A stretch of 64,000 bases of DNA from an uncultured Thermomicrobiales bacterium. Its GTDB lineage: Bacteria; Chloroflexota; Chloroflexia; Thermomicrobiales; UBA6265. The stretch is from assembly GCA_964244115.1 (NCBI GenBank), contig CAXTHM010000009.1, positions 665 through 64,664 on the forward strand, read 5' to 3'. Made by a program: the position numbers and the translations under genes. The notes below the pieces were generated by a model. That model worked only from the letters and a program-made list of their open reading frames with translations, made no database searches and had not been told where the DNA came from. Every line of letters starts with the position of its first letter. Within the stretch, counting starts at the first letter, position 1. Positions 9,058 through 17,523 of the stretch are shown here, piece after piece.

Positions 9058-9130
9058 GCCCTCGTAGCTCAATGGATAGAGCGCTTGGCTTCGAACCAAG
9101 AGGTTGGGGGTTCGATCCCCTCCGAGGGTA
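9058..9130 (+). tRNA. tRNA-Arg (anticodon TCG)
   Basis: Cloverleaf with loop ctTCGaa, D-loop aatggata and T-loop ggttcgatccc. The acceptor pairs gccctcg with cgagggt, giving G1.U72. Confidence 0.85.
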
Positions 9131-9189
9131 CCCACGAAGAGCTCGCCGCTACGGTCGGACGCGAACGTGACCACCTCGCGGCAATTTAG

Positions 9190-9627
9190 TCATCCCGGCG
9201 GCATGGCATTGATGCTCAGCCACTTCTGCATGACGAGGACGTCCGAGCGCTCGTGGGCGAGGCGGTCGTAGAAGGCCATGACCGGCTCGTTCGTCGCCCG
9301 GTCCATGAGCTGGACTTTCGTGACGCCGCGGCCCCGAATCCAGGCCTCCCCAGCCTAGACCATCTGACGACCGACACCACCACCTTGTACCTCGGGGTCG
9401 ACGGCCACGTAGTAGAGCCAGCCCCGGTGCCCATCGTGGCCGACCATGACCGACGCGACGACGGTATCGCCGACGGTCGCGACGAGGACGTCGGAAGACG
9501 GTCCGCCGCGGGCGCGGTCGAAATCGGTACGGGGATCGTTGTACGACGTCGTCAACCCTACCCGCCGCCACAGCGCCGCCACGGCATCACCCTGGTCCGC
9601 GGTCGCCGGTCCGATCACGAGACTCAT
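9190..9627 (-). pseudogene. YpeA-like GNAT N-acetyltransferase interrupted by an in-frame TAG (9355-9357)
   Basis: Reading ...GHDGHRGWLYYVAVDPEVQGGGVGRQMV*AGEAWIRGRGVTKVQLMDRATNEPVMAFYDRLAHERSDVLVMQKWL...PPG-TGA in one frame restores a complete GNAT fold. Confidence 0.75.
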
Positions 9628-9840
9628 GCCCGTCGTCGCCGTCCCCCGAGGTCGACCCGGTGGCAACCATCACGAGCGCGACGAGGGCCGGCGCCCGGCG
9701 CCTGGCCCTCTGCCTCCGCGACATCGTAGACGATCCGGCCGCTGGTACAATCGTCCATCGTCGAGCCCGCCGGCGGCACCGTCCAGCACCCCGACCGCCG
9801 CGGACCTCCCCACCTCTCCCACTGATCGAGGACACCACCG

Positions 9841-11025
9841 ATGCGAGCCTACGTTCTGTCGATCGGCACCGAACTCATGCAGGGCATGATCACCGATACC
9901 AACGCGACCTTCCTCGCCCAGGAACTCGTCGCCCTCGGGATCGATCTGGTCCATGTCACCCAGGTCGGCGACGATCGGGCCCGGATGGTCCAGACCCTCC
10001 GCCGGGCGCTGGACGAAGCCGACCTCGTCATCTGCACCGGCGGCGTCGGTCCGACCGAGGACGACCTCACCCGCGAGGTCATCGCCGAGACCGTCGGCGA
10101 GACCCCGGCGATCGACCCAAGCTTGCTCGAGACGCTGGAGTCGTTCTTCGCCGGTCGCGGGCAGGACATGCCGGAGCGGAACAAGAAGCAGGCCTGGCTG
10201 ATCCCGAGCGCCGAGGCCCTGCCGAACCCGGTCGGGACGGCGCCGGGCTGGTTCGTCCGGGCCGGGAGCGGCCGGATCATCGCCATGCCGGGCGTCCCCC
10301 GCGAGATGTTCCGGATGTGGGCCGAGCAGGCCGTCCCGCGGATCTCCGCCGAGCTCACCGAAGGCGTCATCAGCGGGATCACCTTCCGGACGCTCGGGAT
10401 CGGCGAGTCCAGCGCGGAGCAGGAGATCAGCGACCTGGTCGCCAAGGACAACCCGGTCGTCGCCACGTACGCAAAGGACGATGGCGTGCACATCCGCGTG
10501 ACTGGCTTCGGCGACTCGGTCGAAGTCGCCGAACGGCACCGGGATTCCGCCGCCAATGAGGTCCGCCGTCGCCTGTCCCGCTACATCTACGCCGAGACGA
10601 TGGCCCCACTGCCGGACGTCATCGTCGGGCTGCTGGCCGACCGTGGCCTGACCCTCGGCGTCATCGAGGAGGGCAGCGGCGGTCGGCTGGGCTCGCTCCT
10701 GACCGGGTCGCTGGCGTCGGACGGCGTCGTCCACGGCGGTCTCACCCGACCGGTCCCCACCGGGCCGTCGGCCGCCGACCTGGCCGACGAGGCCCGCCGC
10801 CTGTTCGGTACCGACATCGGGATCGGCCTCTCGATCACGGTCGAGCCAATGCCCAACGTCGCGGGGGTCTACCGCGGCCCGGTCTCAATCGCGATCACCG
10901 GCGCCATCAGCGCGACCGAAGAGCACCAGACCCGCGCCAGCCTGGCCGACATCCATCGCCGCGCCGCGATGTCCAGCGTCGATCTGCTCCGTCGCCAGAT
11001 GACCGCCTCGGCTACGACCAACTAG
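9841..11025 (+). CDS. cinA: CinA-family competence/damage-inducible protein (MoCF-binding domain plus PncC-like domain)
   Basis: MRAYVLSIGTELMQGMITDTNATFLAQEL...LVICTGGVGPTEDDLT. Confidence 0.88.
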   Translation: MRAYVLSIGTELMQGMITDTNATFLAQELVALGIDLVHVTQVGDDRARMVQTLRRALDEADLVICTGGVGPTEDDLTREVIAETVGETPAIDPSLLETLESFFAGRGQDMPERNKKQAWLIPSAEALPNPVGTAPGWFVRAGSGRIIAMPGVPREMFRMWAEQAVPRISAELTEGVISGITFRTLGIGESSAEQEISDLVAKDNPVVATYAKDDGVHIRVTGFGDSVEVAERHRDSAANEVRRRLSRYIYAETMAPLPDVIVGLLADRGLTLGVIEEGSGGRLGSLLTGSLASDGVVHGGLTRPVPTGPSAADLADEARRLFGTDIGIGLSITVEPMPNVAGVYRGPVSIAITGAISATEEHQTRASLADIHRRAAMSSVDLLRRQMTASATTN

Positions 11026-11033
11026 CCGGTCGT

Positions 11034-11510
11034 CTACGCCTCGTATTCGCGGAGCAATCCCTCGCCACGGGCGAGCATCGCCGCTCGCTCCTCGGCGGAA
11101 TGATCGACCCAGCCGGTGAGATGCAGCAGGCCGTGAACCGCCACGAAGAGCAGTTCACGGCCCGCCGAGTTTCCGTTCGCGCCGGACTGCTCGATTGCCC
11201 GGTCCACCGAGATGATGATGTCCCCACCGCGGACTGGCTGTCCGGGCTCGCCGTCGTCAGCCTCGTGCTCGAAGGTCATCACGTCGGTCGGCTCGTCGAT
11301 GCCCATGAAATCGAGATGGAACCGCTGGAGACGGGCGTCGTCGACCAGGACGAAGGCGACTTCCCACCGGCCGGTCACCCGCTCGGCCGCGAGGACGGTC
11401 TCGCTGAGCGCAACGAGATCATCCTCACTGGCCAGCGCGACCGGTGTCAGATCGACCTCGGCGATCGTCGTCACGTCGAGCACCAGGGTCTCCGTGGGGC
11501 GGTCGGCCAT
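11034..11510 (-). CDS. ybeY: rRNA maturation endoribonuclease YbeY
   Basis: HGLLHLTGWVDH zinc motif and TDVMTF. The start MADRPTE overlaps the stop of the upstream gene (ATGA). Confidence 0.88.
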   Translation of the reverse strand: MADRPTETLVLDVTTIAEVDLTPVALASEDDLVALSETVLAAERVTGRWEVAFVLVDDARLQRFHLDFMGIDEPTDVMTFEHEADDGEPGQPVRGGDIIISVDRAIEQSGANGNSAGRELLFVAVHGLLHLTGWVDHSAEERAAMLARGEGLLREYEA

Positions 11511-11974
11511 CAGCCGGCGCTGAGCCGGGTTCGGACGGCGGTGCTCACCCGTCGACCGTCGGCGCGGCCGCCGATTCGCGGCAGCAGGATCGGCATGACC
11601 TTGCCCATCTCCTTGGGCCCAGTCGCGCCCGACTCCGTCACGGCCGCATCGACCAGTGTCGCGAGTTCCTCGTCGTCGAGCTGCGCCGGCAGGTAGCGCT
11701 CGATCACGGCGAGCTGCTCCTTCTCCCGGTCGACGAGATCGGTCCGACCGGCGGCCGCGAACTGCTCGATCGATTCGGTCCGCTGCTTGACCTGCCGCTG
11801 GAGGAGGGCCAACTCTTCCTCGGCGGACAGGGACTCCCGCTTCTCGATCTCGGCGTTGTGATAGGCCGAAAGCAGGAACCGGATCGATTCCCGCGCGACT
11901 ACGTCGCGGCTCCGCATTGCGTCCTTGAGGTCGCTCTGAAGGCGTCCCTGAAGGGTCATCACCTGGTCGGTCAC
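11510..11974 (-). CDS. GatB/YqeY domain protein
   Basis: MTLQGRLQSDLKDAMRSRD...LSAYHNAEIEK...KEMGKVM pattern. I prefer the GTG start at 11974, 8 nt after GGAGG. Confidence 0.8.
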   Translation of the reverse strand: MTDQVMTLQGRLQSDLKDAMRSRDVVARESIRFLLSAYHNAEIEKRESLSAEEELALLQRQVKQRTESIEQFAAAGRTDLVDREKEQLAVIERYLPAQLDDEELATLVDAAVTESGATGPKEMGKVMPILLPRIGGRADGRRVSTAVRTRLSAG

Positions 11975-12023
11975 TGATCGTTCCTCCCTGCCATGCGCAG
12001 TCGCCTCGAACCCATACCACGCC

Positions 12024-12416
12024 TCATACGGGGCGGACACCCAGAGGCCGTCCTCCCACGACATGGAAGTGGAGATGAAACACGGACTGGCCGGCATCCG
12101 GTCCGGTATTCGTCAGCACCCGGTAGCCACGCTCATCGAGACCAGCTTCGTGCGCGACCTGACGAGCCAGACCGAGCAGTTCCCCGAGCAGCGCCTCGCT
12201 CCCTGACGTGACGCTGAGGTCGGCGATATGCCGTCGGGGAACGACGAGGATGTGAGTCGGTGCCTGAGGAGCCAGATCGGCGAACGCGACGGCATGCGGC
12301 GACTCCGCGACGAAGGTCGTCCCGAAGTCGCCCCGGACGATCCGGCAGAAGACACAGTCCGGGTCGAACGCCGATTCGATCCCTGTATTCCGATCAGTGG
12401 CAGTCGCGTCCATCAC
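12024..12416 (-). CDS. HIT (histidine triad) family nucleotide hydrolase
   Basis: CVFCRIV...THILVVPRRH...GQSVFHLHFHVVGG. Confidence 0.9.
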   Translation of the reverse strand: MMDATATDRNTGIESAFDPDCVFCRIVRGDFGTTFVAESPHAVAFADLAPQAPTHILVVPRRHIADLSVTSGSEALLGELLGLARQVAHEAGLDERGYRVLTNTGPDAGQSVFHLHFHVVGGRPLGVRPV

Positions 12417-12459
12417 CAGGTCCTTTCCCCGAGAGTCGCCCGAGTCCCGGACGCTCGAT

Positions 12460-12465
12460 CATACT
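12460..12465 (+). promoter_or_regulatory. -10 box CATACT ending 6 nt before the mutM ATG (probable leaderless); its complement TAGTAT may serve the divergent HIT gene
   Basis: gatCATACTatccgcATG. Confidence 0.4.
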
Positions 12466-12471
12466 ATCCGC

Positions 12472-13353
12472 ATGCCAGAGCTTCCCGAAGTCGAGACCGT
12501 CCGGCGCTCGCTCCAGCCCGTCATCACCGGCAGGCTGATCACCGCTGTCCAGGGCGACACCTTCCCGGATGTGATGGGTCCTGGTGGCCTCGACCGCACT
12601 GACCTCCTGATCCACCGTCGGATCACCGGGTTGGACCGCCGGGGCAAGTACCTGATCGTCGATCTGGATGACGGCTCCGCGCTGGTCGTCCACCTCCGGA
12701 TGACCGGGCAACTCGTCGTTGTCAGCCGGCACGAGCCGCCACTGCGCTTCCAGCATCTGGTGATCGGCCTCGACGACGGCACCCCGCCCGACGAGTCGAA
12801 CGATGGCCTGGCATCACGGTCGGATGGACCGATCGAACTCCGATTCGCCGACCAGCGCAAGTTCGGCCGCGTGCTGCATATCGCCGCGTCCGAGCGGCCC
12901 CATCTCTTCGACGCGCTGGGCCCGGAGCCCCTGCTGGCCACATTCACCGTGGAGACTCTGGCGGCAGCGCTGGTCAATCGCCGCGCACCGGTCAAGAACG
13001 TCCTGCTCGACCAGCGCCGCATCGCGGGACTGGGCAACATCTACGTCGACGAGGCGTTGTTCCGGGCCCGCGTCAACCCGCTACGCCCCGCCGGGTCGCT
13101 GGACGCCTCCGAAACCGAGGCGCTCCACGCCGGCATCGTCGCGGTCCTGACCGAATCACTCGACCGGCGCGGCACCACCTTCTCCTCGTTCCTCGATGGC
13201 TACGGTCGCCAGGGTGAGAACGGCGAGAACCTGCGTGTCTACGGCCGTGGTCGATCCGGGCAGCCCTGCGTCGTCTGCGGGACGCCGCTCCAGATGGTCA
13301 AGCTGGCCGGGCGATCGAGTACCTTCTGCCCGGTCTGCCAGCCGCTCGCCTGA
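12472..13353 (+). CDS. mutM: Formamidopyrimidine-DNA glycosylase
   Basis: N-terminal MPELPEVETVRR and C-terminal zinc finger CVVCGTPLQMVKLAGRSSTFCPVCQ. Confidence 0.93.
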   Translation: MPELPEVETVRRSLQPVITGRLITAVQGDTFPDVMGPGGLDRTDLLIHRRITGLDRRGKYLIVDLDDGSALVVHLRMTGQLVVVSRHEPPLRFQHLVIGLDDGTPPDESNDGLASRSDGPIELRFADQRKFGRVLHIAASERPHLFDALGPEPLLATFTVETLAAALVNRRAPVKNVLLDQRRIAGLGNIYVDEALFRARVNPLRPAGSLDASETEALHAGIVAVLTESLDRRGTTFSSFLDGYGRQGENGENLRVYGRGRSGQPCVVCGTPLQMVKLAGRSSTFCPVCQPLA

Positions 13354-13381
13354 CCCAGCCACGATCTCCGCGGAAAAAGCA

Positions 13382-13411
13382 ACGTACCCGCCCATCGCTG
13401 GGCGGGTACGT
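13382..13411. terminator. Bidirectional terminator hairpin between mutM and the ferritin-like gene
   Basis: acgtacccgccc atcgct gggcgggtacgt, flanked by gaaaaagc. This gives a U tract on the minus-strand transcript. Confidence 0.75.
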
Positions 13412-13467
13412 CATCTCGAAGTGGCCGAAGACGATCCGTGAAGGGATCGTCAGGTCACGAACGAGAC

Positions 13468-14175
13468 CTACGCCTCAGGGGTGGCGTCGGCGGTGACGAA
13501 GAACGGGGTCGCGATCTCGAGGACCTCGGCCGGCGTCCGCGGGGCGTCGACGGCGTCCGGGAACGGCTGCGTCGCCTCGTCGTTGACCAGCGCGCCGATG
13601 AAGCCGGCGTGGCGGGCCTCGACGCTGTGGATGCCGAGGGCGGTCGCAACGAGGCTCGGGGCCAGGACGACGACCGACGGGGCGGCACCGGCGTAGGCGG
13701 AGACGCCGACGTTCTCGATCGCGGCAGCCGTGATCAGGAACGACGAGGCGTCGGAGTATCCGAAGTCGTACGCTGCCTCTTCGACGGGCTCGCCGCCGAG
13801 GTCGGTGATCGTGGCGGAGAGGGCCTCGACGTGAGCGGCCTCATGCGCACCGATCTGCTCGATCAGAGCGTAGACGGAACCCGTGGTGTCGAAGTCCTCC
13901 GGCGTGAAGGTCGCGAGAGCCTCCCGATAGAAGGTGTTCTCGAGGTGCTCGAGGGTCAGGGCGTAGTTGAGGACGGCGATGCCGTCATCCTCGAAGTACG
14001 GGTCCGCCTCGAGGGCGTCGTCCTGGGCGGATGCCCGGAAGCCCGGGACCGCGGCCAGAGCCAGTGCAGCGCCGCCGCCGATGACGGCAGACTTGCCGAG
14101 CAGTGAGCGACGCGACGACAGACGAGCCTTCTCAACCTCGACAGCGGCGAGGAAACGGTTCGAGAGATCAGTCAT
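13468..14175 (-). CDS. Tat-exported ferritin-like domain protein
   Basis: Signal SRRSLLGKSAVIGGGAALALAAVPGFRASA, then VLNYALTLEHLENTFY...GAHEAAHVEAL...GIHSVEARHAGF (ferritin-like di-iron helices). The start MTDLSNRF follows a GGGAG SD. Confidence 0.75.
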   Translation of the reverse strand: MTDLSNRFLAAVEVEKARLSSRRSLLGKSAVIGGGAALALAAVPGFRASAQDDALEADPYFEDDGIAVLNYALTLEHLENTFYREALATFTPEDFDTTGSVYALIEQIGAHEAAHVEALSATITDLGGEPVEEAAYDFGYSDASSFLITAAAIENVGVSAYAGAAPSVVVLAPSLVATALGIHSVEARHAGFIGALVNDEATQPFPDAVDAPRTPAEVLEIATPFFVTADATPEA

Positions 14176-14830
14176 GGTAACTCCCTGTTGTGTCGATCGA
14201 ACGGACACTGCGTAGCTGCAGACCGCGACCCGAACACCGCATCGAGAGACCATCTTCGCGGGGTTCCGGATCCCCCGCCGCGATGGACATCGTCGATTCG
14301 GTTGCCTGCCACGCGACGTTCGCCGGTGGTTCAGCCGTCGGGGTTTGTAATCTGCCTTGCAGCTTTTGTGCCGCCGCTTCTCGTTTCACTCCCGGAGGGG
14401 AAAACGATCCGGCGGCAACCGAGAGCCAGTCGGCCCCGCTCCATTCTATACGACCCTTCTGTCCGGATGGATCATATGGATCATTCGGATGAGACCCTGG
14501 TCCATTCGCGGTCGACCGCCGGTCCGGTCGGCCCGGTCCGGTTCTCGACTGCTCATGGGATCGGATAGAGCGATCATCTTCCCGTTCACCCAGTTCACGT
14601 TACGGCTCCGTCACCCGACCCATGTCATTCGCAGTGTCCGCTCATAGGCGGGGAGGACATCGGCAACACGCGGCTCCGGCAATAGCCGGGAAACGCGAGA
14701 CGAGTCGCGGCGCGGAGTCCGACTCGTCTCGACCGTGGGGCACGGGCGGCACGGGCGGCACGGATGATCCGTCGACGCATTCACATCCGTCCGGACCGCG
14801 GGAGGATGATCGCCGGTTTTTCCGGGCCGA

Positions 14831-14858
14831 TTGCGAATGGGCGGCGCACCGATATACT
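14831..14858 (+). promoter_or_regulatory. Promoter TTGCGA-N16-TATACT for the sugar ABC operon
   Basis: ttgcga (14831-14836) and tatact (14853-14858), about 135 nt upstream of the ATG at 14997. Confidence 0.5.
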
Positions 14859-14996
14859 TGTCGGGATGTCCAGACGTTCTAGCTTCGAGAATATCGCCGT
14901 CGGCGACGCTGGCCGAGCGGCGGTAGTCCCGTGTGGAGCGTCCTGCGACACCGTCGATCATCCTTTCGCATCGCCGCGCAAGAGGGAGTTTTCCGG

Positions 14997-16340
14997 ATGG
15001 CAACGAACCGCCGTACGCTATTGAAGAGTGCCGCAGCGCTTGCGGCCATGCCGATCGGTCTTAAGGCCACGCAGGCCAGTGCCCAGTCGACTCCAGCCGC
15101 GACGCCGGTCGGGACGCCAGTCGGCACCCCGTCCGCGCCGCTCGTCGTCGGGACGCCGGAGGCCTCCCTCGAAGTCTTCTCCTGGTGGACGTCCGGTGGT
15201 GAGGCCACCGGCCTCGACCAGCTCTTCGCGGCCTTTACCGCCGGTTCGCCGTCGGTCGGGATCGTCAACGCCGCCGTCGCCGGTGGTGGTGGCAGCAACG
15301 CCAAGACCGCCCTGCAGACCCGCCTCCAGGGCGGACAGGCGCCGGACTCCTGGCAGTCCCACCTCGGCAAGGAACTCCAGAGCCTCTACGTCACGCCGGG
15401 CTACTGCGCCCCGCTGACCGACCTCTACGCCGAGCAGGGCTGGAACGATGTCTTCCCGCAGGGCGTCATCGATCAGTCCAGCGTCGACGGCGTTCCCTAC
15501 GTCGTCCCGGTCGGCAACCATCGCGGCAACGTGATGTTCTACAACAAGGCGCTGATGGAGGCCAACGGCATCACCATCGGTGAGACGCTGTCGGTCGACG
15601 AGTTCTTCGCCGCCGCCGACACGCTCCAGGCCGCCGGCATCCCGGCCGTCGCGCTTGGCGACCGCGATTCCTTCGCCGCCCCGCAACTGTTCGAGAACAC
15701 GCTGCTCGGTGTCCTCGGCCCCGAAGCCTACACCGCCCTCTGGAACGACCCGAGCCAGTGGTCCAGCGACGGCGTCACCCAGGCGATCGAGGCGTTCGCC
15801 AAGATGCTCGGCTACCTCAACCCCGACCACGCCGCCCTGACCTGGGACGGTGCCGCCGACCTCGTCGCCGCCGGGACCGCCGGTTTCACTTCGATGGGCG
15901 ACTGGGCCTATGGCCAGTTCGTCTCGAAGGGGACCGAGTCCAGCATCGGCTGGGTCACCCACCCCGGCACCTCCGGCTCGTTCGTGACGGTCATCGACGG
16001 CTTCACGCTGCCCGTCGGCGCCCCTGACACCGTCAACGCCTCCAACTGGCTCCGCGCCGCCGGTTCCGCCGCTGCCCAGACGGCGTTCGCGCCGTACAAG
16101 GGCTGCATCCCGGCCCGGACCGACATCGACAGCAGCTCCTTCAATGACTACCTGAAGTGGGCCGCGAACGACCTGACGACCGCCACGGCCGTCCCGTCCA
16201 ACGCCCACGGCTCGGCCGCCTCGCCGCAGGTCCAGCAGGCGATCTTCGACGCCACGATCGCCTTCATCGTCGCGCCGGACACCGAGACCTACCGCGTCAC
16301 GATCCAGCAAGCCGCCGAGGACGACGCGGCCGGCGCCTAG
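14997..16340 (+). CDS. ABC transporter extracellular solute-binding protein (family 1, carbohydrate type) with Tat signal
   Basis: MATNRRTLLKSAAALAAMP...AQS signal followed by a typical sugar-SBP sequence. SD agagggag. Confidence 0.85.
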   Translation: MATNRRTLLKSAAALAAMPIGLKATQASAQSTPAATPVGTPVGTPSAPLVVGTPEASLEVFSWWTSGGEATGLDQLFAAFTAGSPSVGIVNAAVAGGGGSNAKTALQTRLQGGQAPDSWQSHLGKELQSLYVTPGYCAPLTDLYAEQGWNDVFPQGVIDQSSVDGVPYVVPVGNHRGNVMFYNKALMEANGITIGETLSVDEFFAAADTLQAAGIPAVALGDRDSFAAPQLFENTLLGVLGPEAYTALWNDPSQWSSDGVTQAIEAFAKMLGYLNPDHAALTWDGAADLVAAGTAGFTSMGDWAYGQFVSKGTESSIGWVTHPGTSGSFVTVIDGFTLPVGAPDTVNASNWLRAAGSAAAQTAFAPYKGCIPARTDIDSSSFNDYLKWAANDLTTATAVPSNAHGSAASPQVQQAIFDATIAFIVAPDTETYRVTIQQAAEDDAAGA

Positions 16341-16416
16341 TCGTTCGACGAGCCTACACTCGTCTCACGCGTCAGCCGGGTCCATGGTCCGGCTGACCAG
16401 CAATCCGTCCGGACGA

Positions 16417-16449
16417 GCGGGGAAGGCGACGACGCCCTCCCCGCTTTTC
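16417..16449 (+). terminator. Intra-operon hairpin plus T tract after the binding-protein gene (attenuating terminator)
   Basis: gcggggaaggcg acga cgccctccccgc ttttcc. Confidence 0.6.
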
Positions 16450-16513
16450 CCGTCACGACCATCCCCCGCCGACCGAGGTTGCGCCGCGCACACCCATCGA
16501 AGGAATGCCGCTG

Positions 16514-17521
16514 ATGGCCGCCGAGACCACGTCACCGCTCCAGACGCCGAGGGGTTCGCGACTCGGGGACCGGCTGATCGCGCCGGTCCTGCTCGCCCCG
16601 AGCGTCATCGCCCTGCTGATCTTCGTCTACGGCTTCATCGGGACGACGGTCTGGATCTCTCTCTCGAACTGGCGCAGCGCCAAGCCGGACTGGAGTTTCG
16701 CCAGCCCCCTGTTCAGCGTCTACGACCGGCTGTTCCACACGCCCCGGTTCCAGACCGACCTGCGCAACACGGTCGTCTTCACCATCCTGTTCCTCGTCGC
16801 GGCCGTCGGCATCGGCTTGATCTTCGCGCTCCTGCTGGACCAGAAGTTCCCCGGCAGCGTGTTGTTCCGCAATATCTTCCTGTTCCCCTATGCGCTCTCC
16901 TTCATCGTGACCGGCGTCGCCTGGCGCTGGATCTTCAACCCGGTGACGGGGATCAATCTGCTGTTCGAGAACCTCGGGCTCAACTGGATCCTGAGCAAGA
17001 TCGGCCTCGGTCCGCTCCACCCGGCCTGGTTGACCAATCCCAACGTCTCCGGGGATCTCAGGACCGTGATCCCGGGGCTGGATGGCATCTTCACGCAGAT
17101 CGGCATCCCGCTGGCGATGCTGCCGGTCGTCATTGCCGCCGCCTGGCAACTCTCGGGCTTCGCGATGGCGATGTACCTGGCCGGGCTCGGCACGATCTCC
17201 GGCGACATCCGTGAGGCGGCCCAGCTCGACGGCGCCTCGACCTGGCAGATCTACCGCCAGATCATCATCCCCTTGCTCAAGCCGATCACGATCAGCACCC
17301 TGATCATCCTCGGCCACGTCTCCCTGAAGATCTTCGACCTGATCTACGCCATGTCCGGCTCCGGCCCCGGCTTCGCGACCGACGTCCCCGGCATCTTCGT
17401 GATCGAGCAGACCTTCCGGGCCACCCGCTACGACCTCGGAGCCGCCGCGTCGATCGTGATGCTGCTCCTGGTCGCGATCGTGATCGTGCCCTATCTCGTC
17501 CGTTCGATGAGGGACCTGTAA
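16514..17521 (+). CDS. Carbohydrate ABC transporter permease (MalF/UgpA-like)
   Basis: Multi-TM protein with the EAA-loop region DIREAAQLDGASTWQIYRQIIIPLLKP. I prefer the ATG at 16514, 9 nt after GAAGGA. Confidence 0.88.
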   Translation: MAAETTSPLQTPRGSRLGDRLIAPVLLAPSVIALLIFVYGFIGTTVWISLSNWRSAKPDWSFASPLFSVYDRLFHTPRFQTDLRNTVVFTILFLVAAVGIGLIFALLLDQKFPGSVLFRNIFLFPYALSFIVTGVAWRWIFNPVTGINLLFENLGLNWILSKIGLGPLHPAWLTNPNVSGDLRTVIPGLDGIFTQIGIPLAMLPVVIAAAWQLSGFAMAMYLAGLGTISGDIREAAQLDGASTWQIYRQIIIPLLKPITISTLIILGHVSLKIFDLIYAMSGSGPGFATDVPGIFVIEQTFRATRYDLGAAASIVMLLLVAIVIVPYLVRSMRDL

Positions 17522-17523
17522 GC

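Noticed and set aside
9660-10734. Track ORFs 9660-10559(+) and 9670-10734(-) overlapping cinA.
   Set aside because: These are Arg/Pro/Gly-rich shadow frames, and the cinA frame carries the family motifs.
14738-14762. Tandem ggcacgggc repeats as a possible CRISPR or VNTR locus.
   Set aside because: There are only about 2.5 units of 9 nt with no spacers, and no cas genes anywhere in the window.
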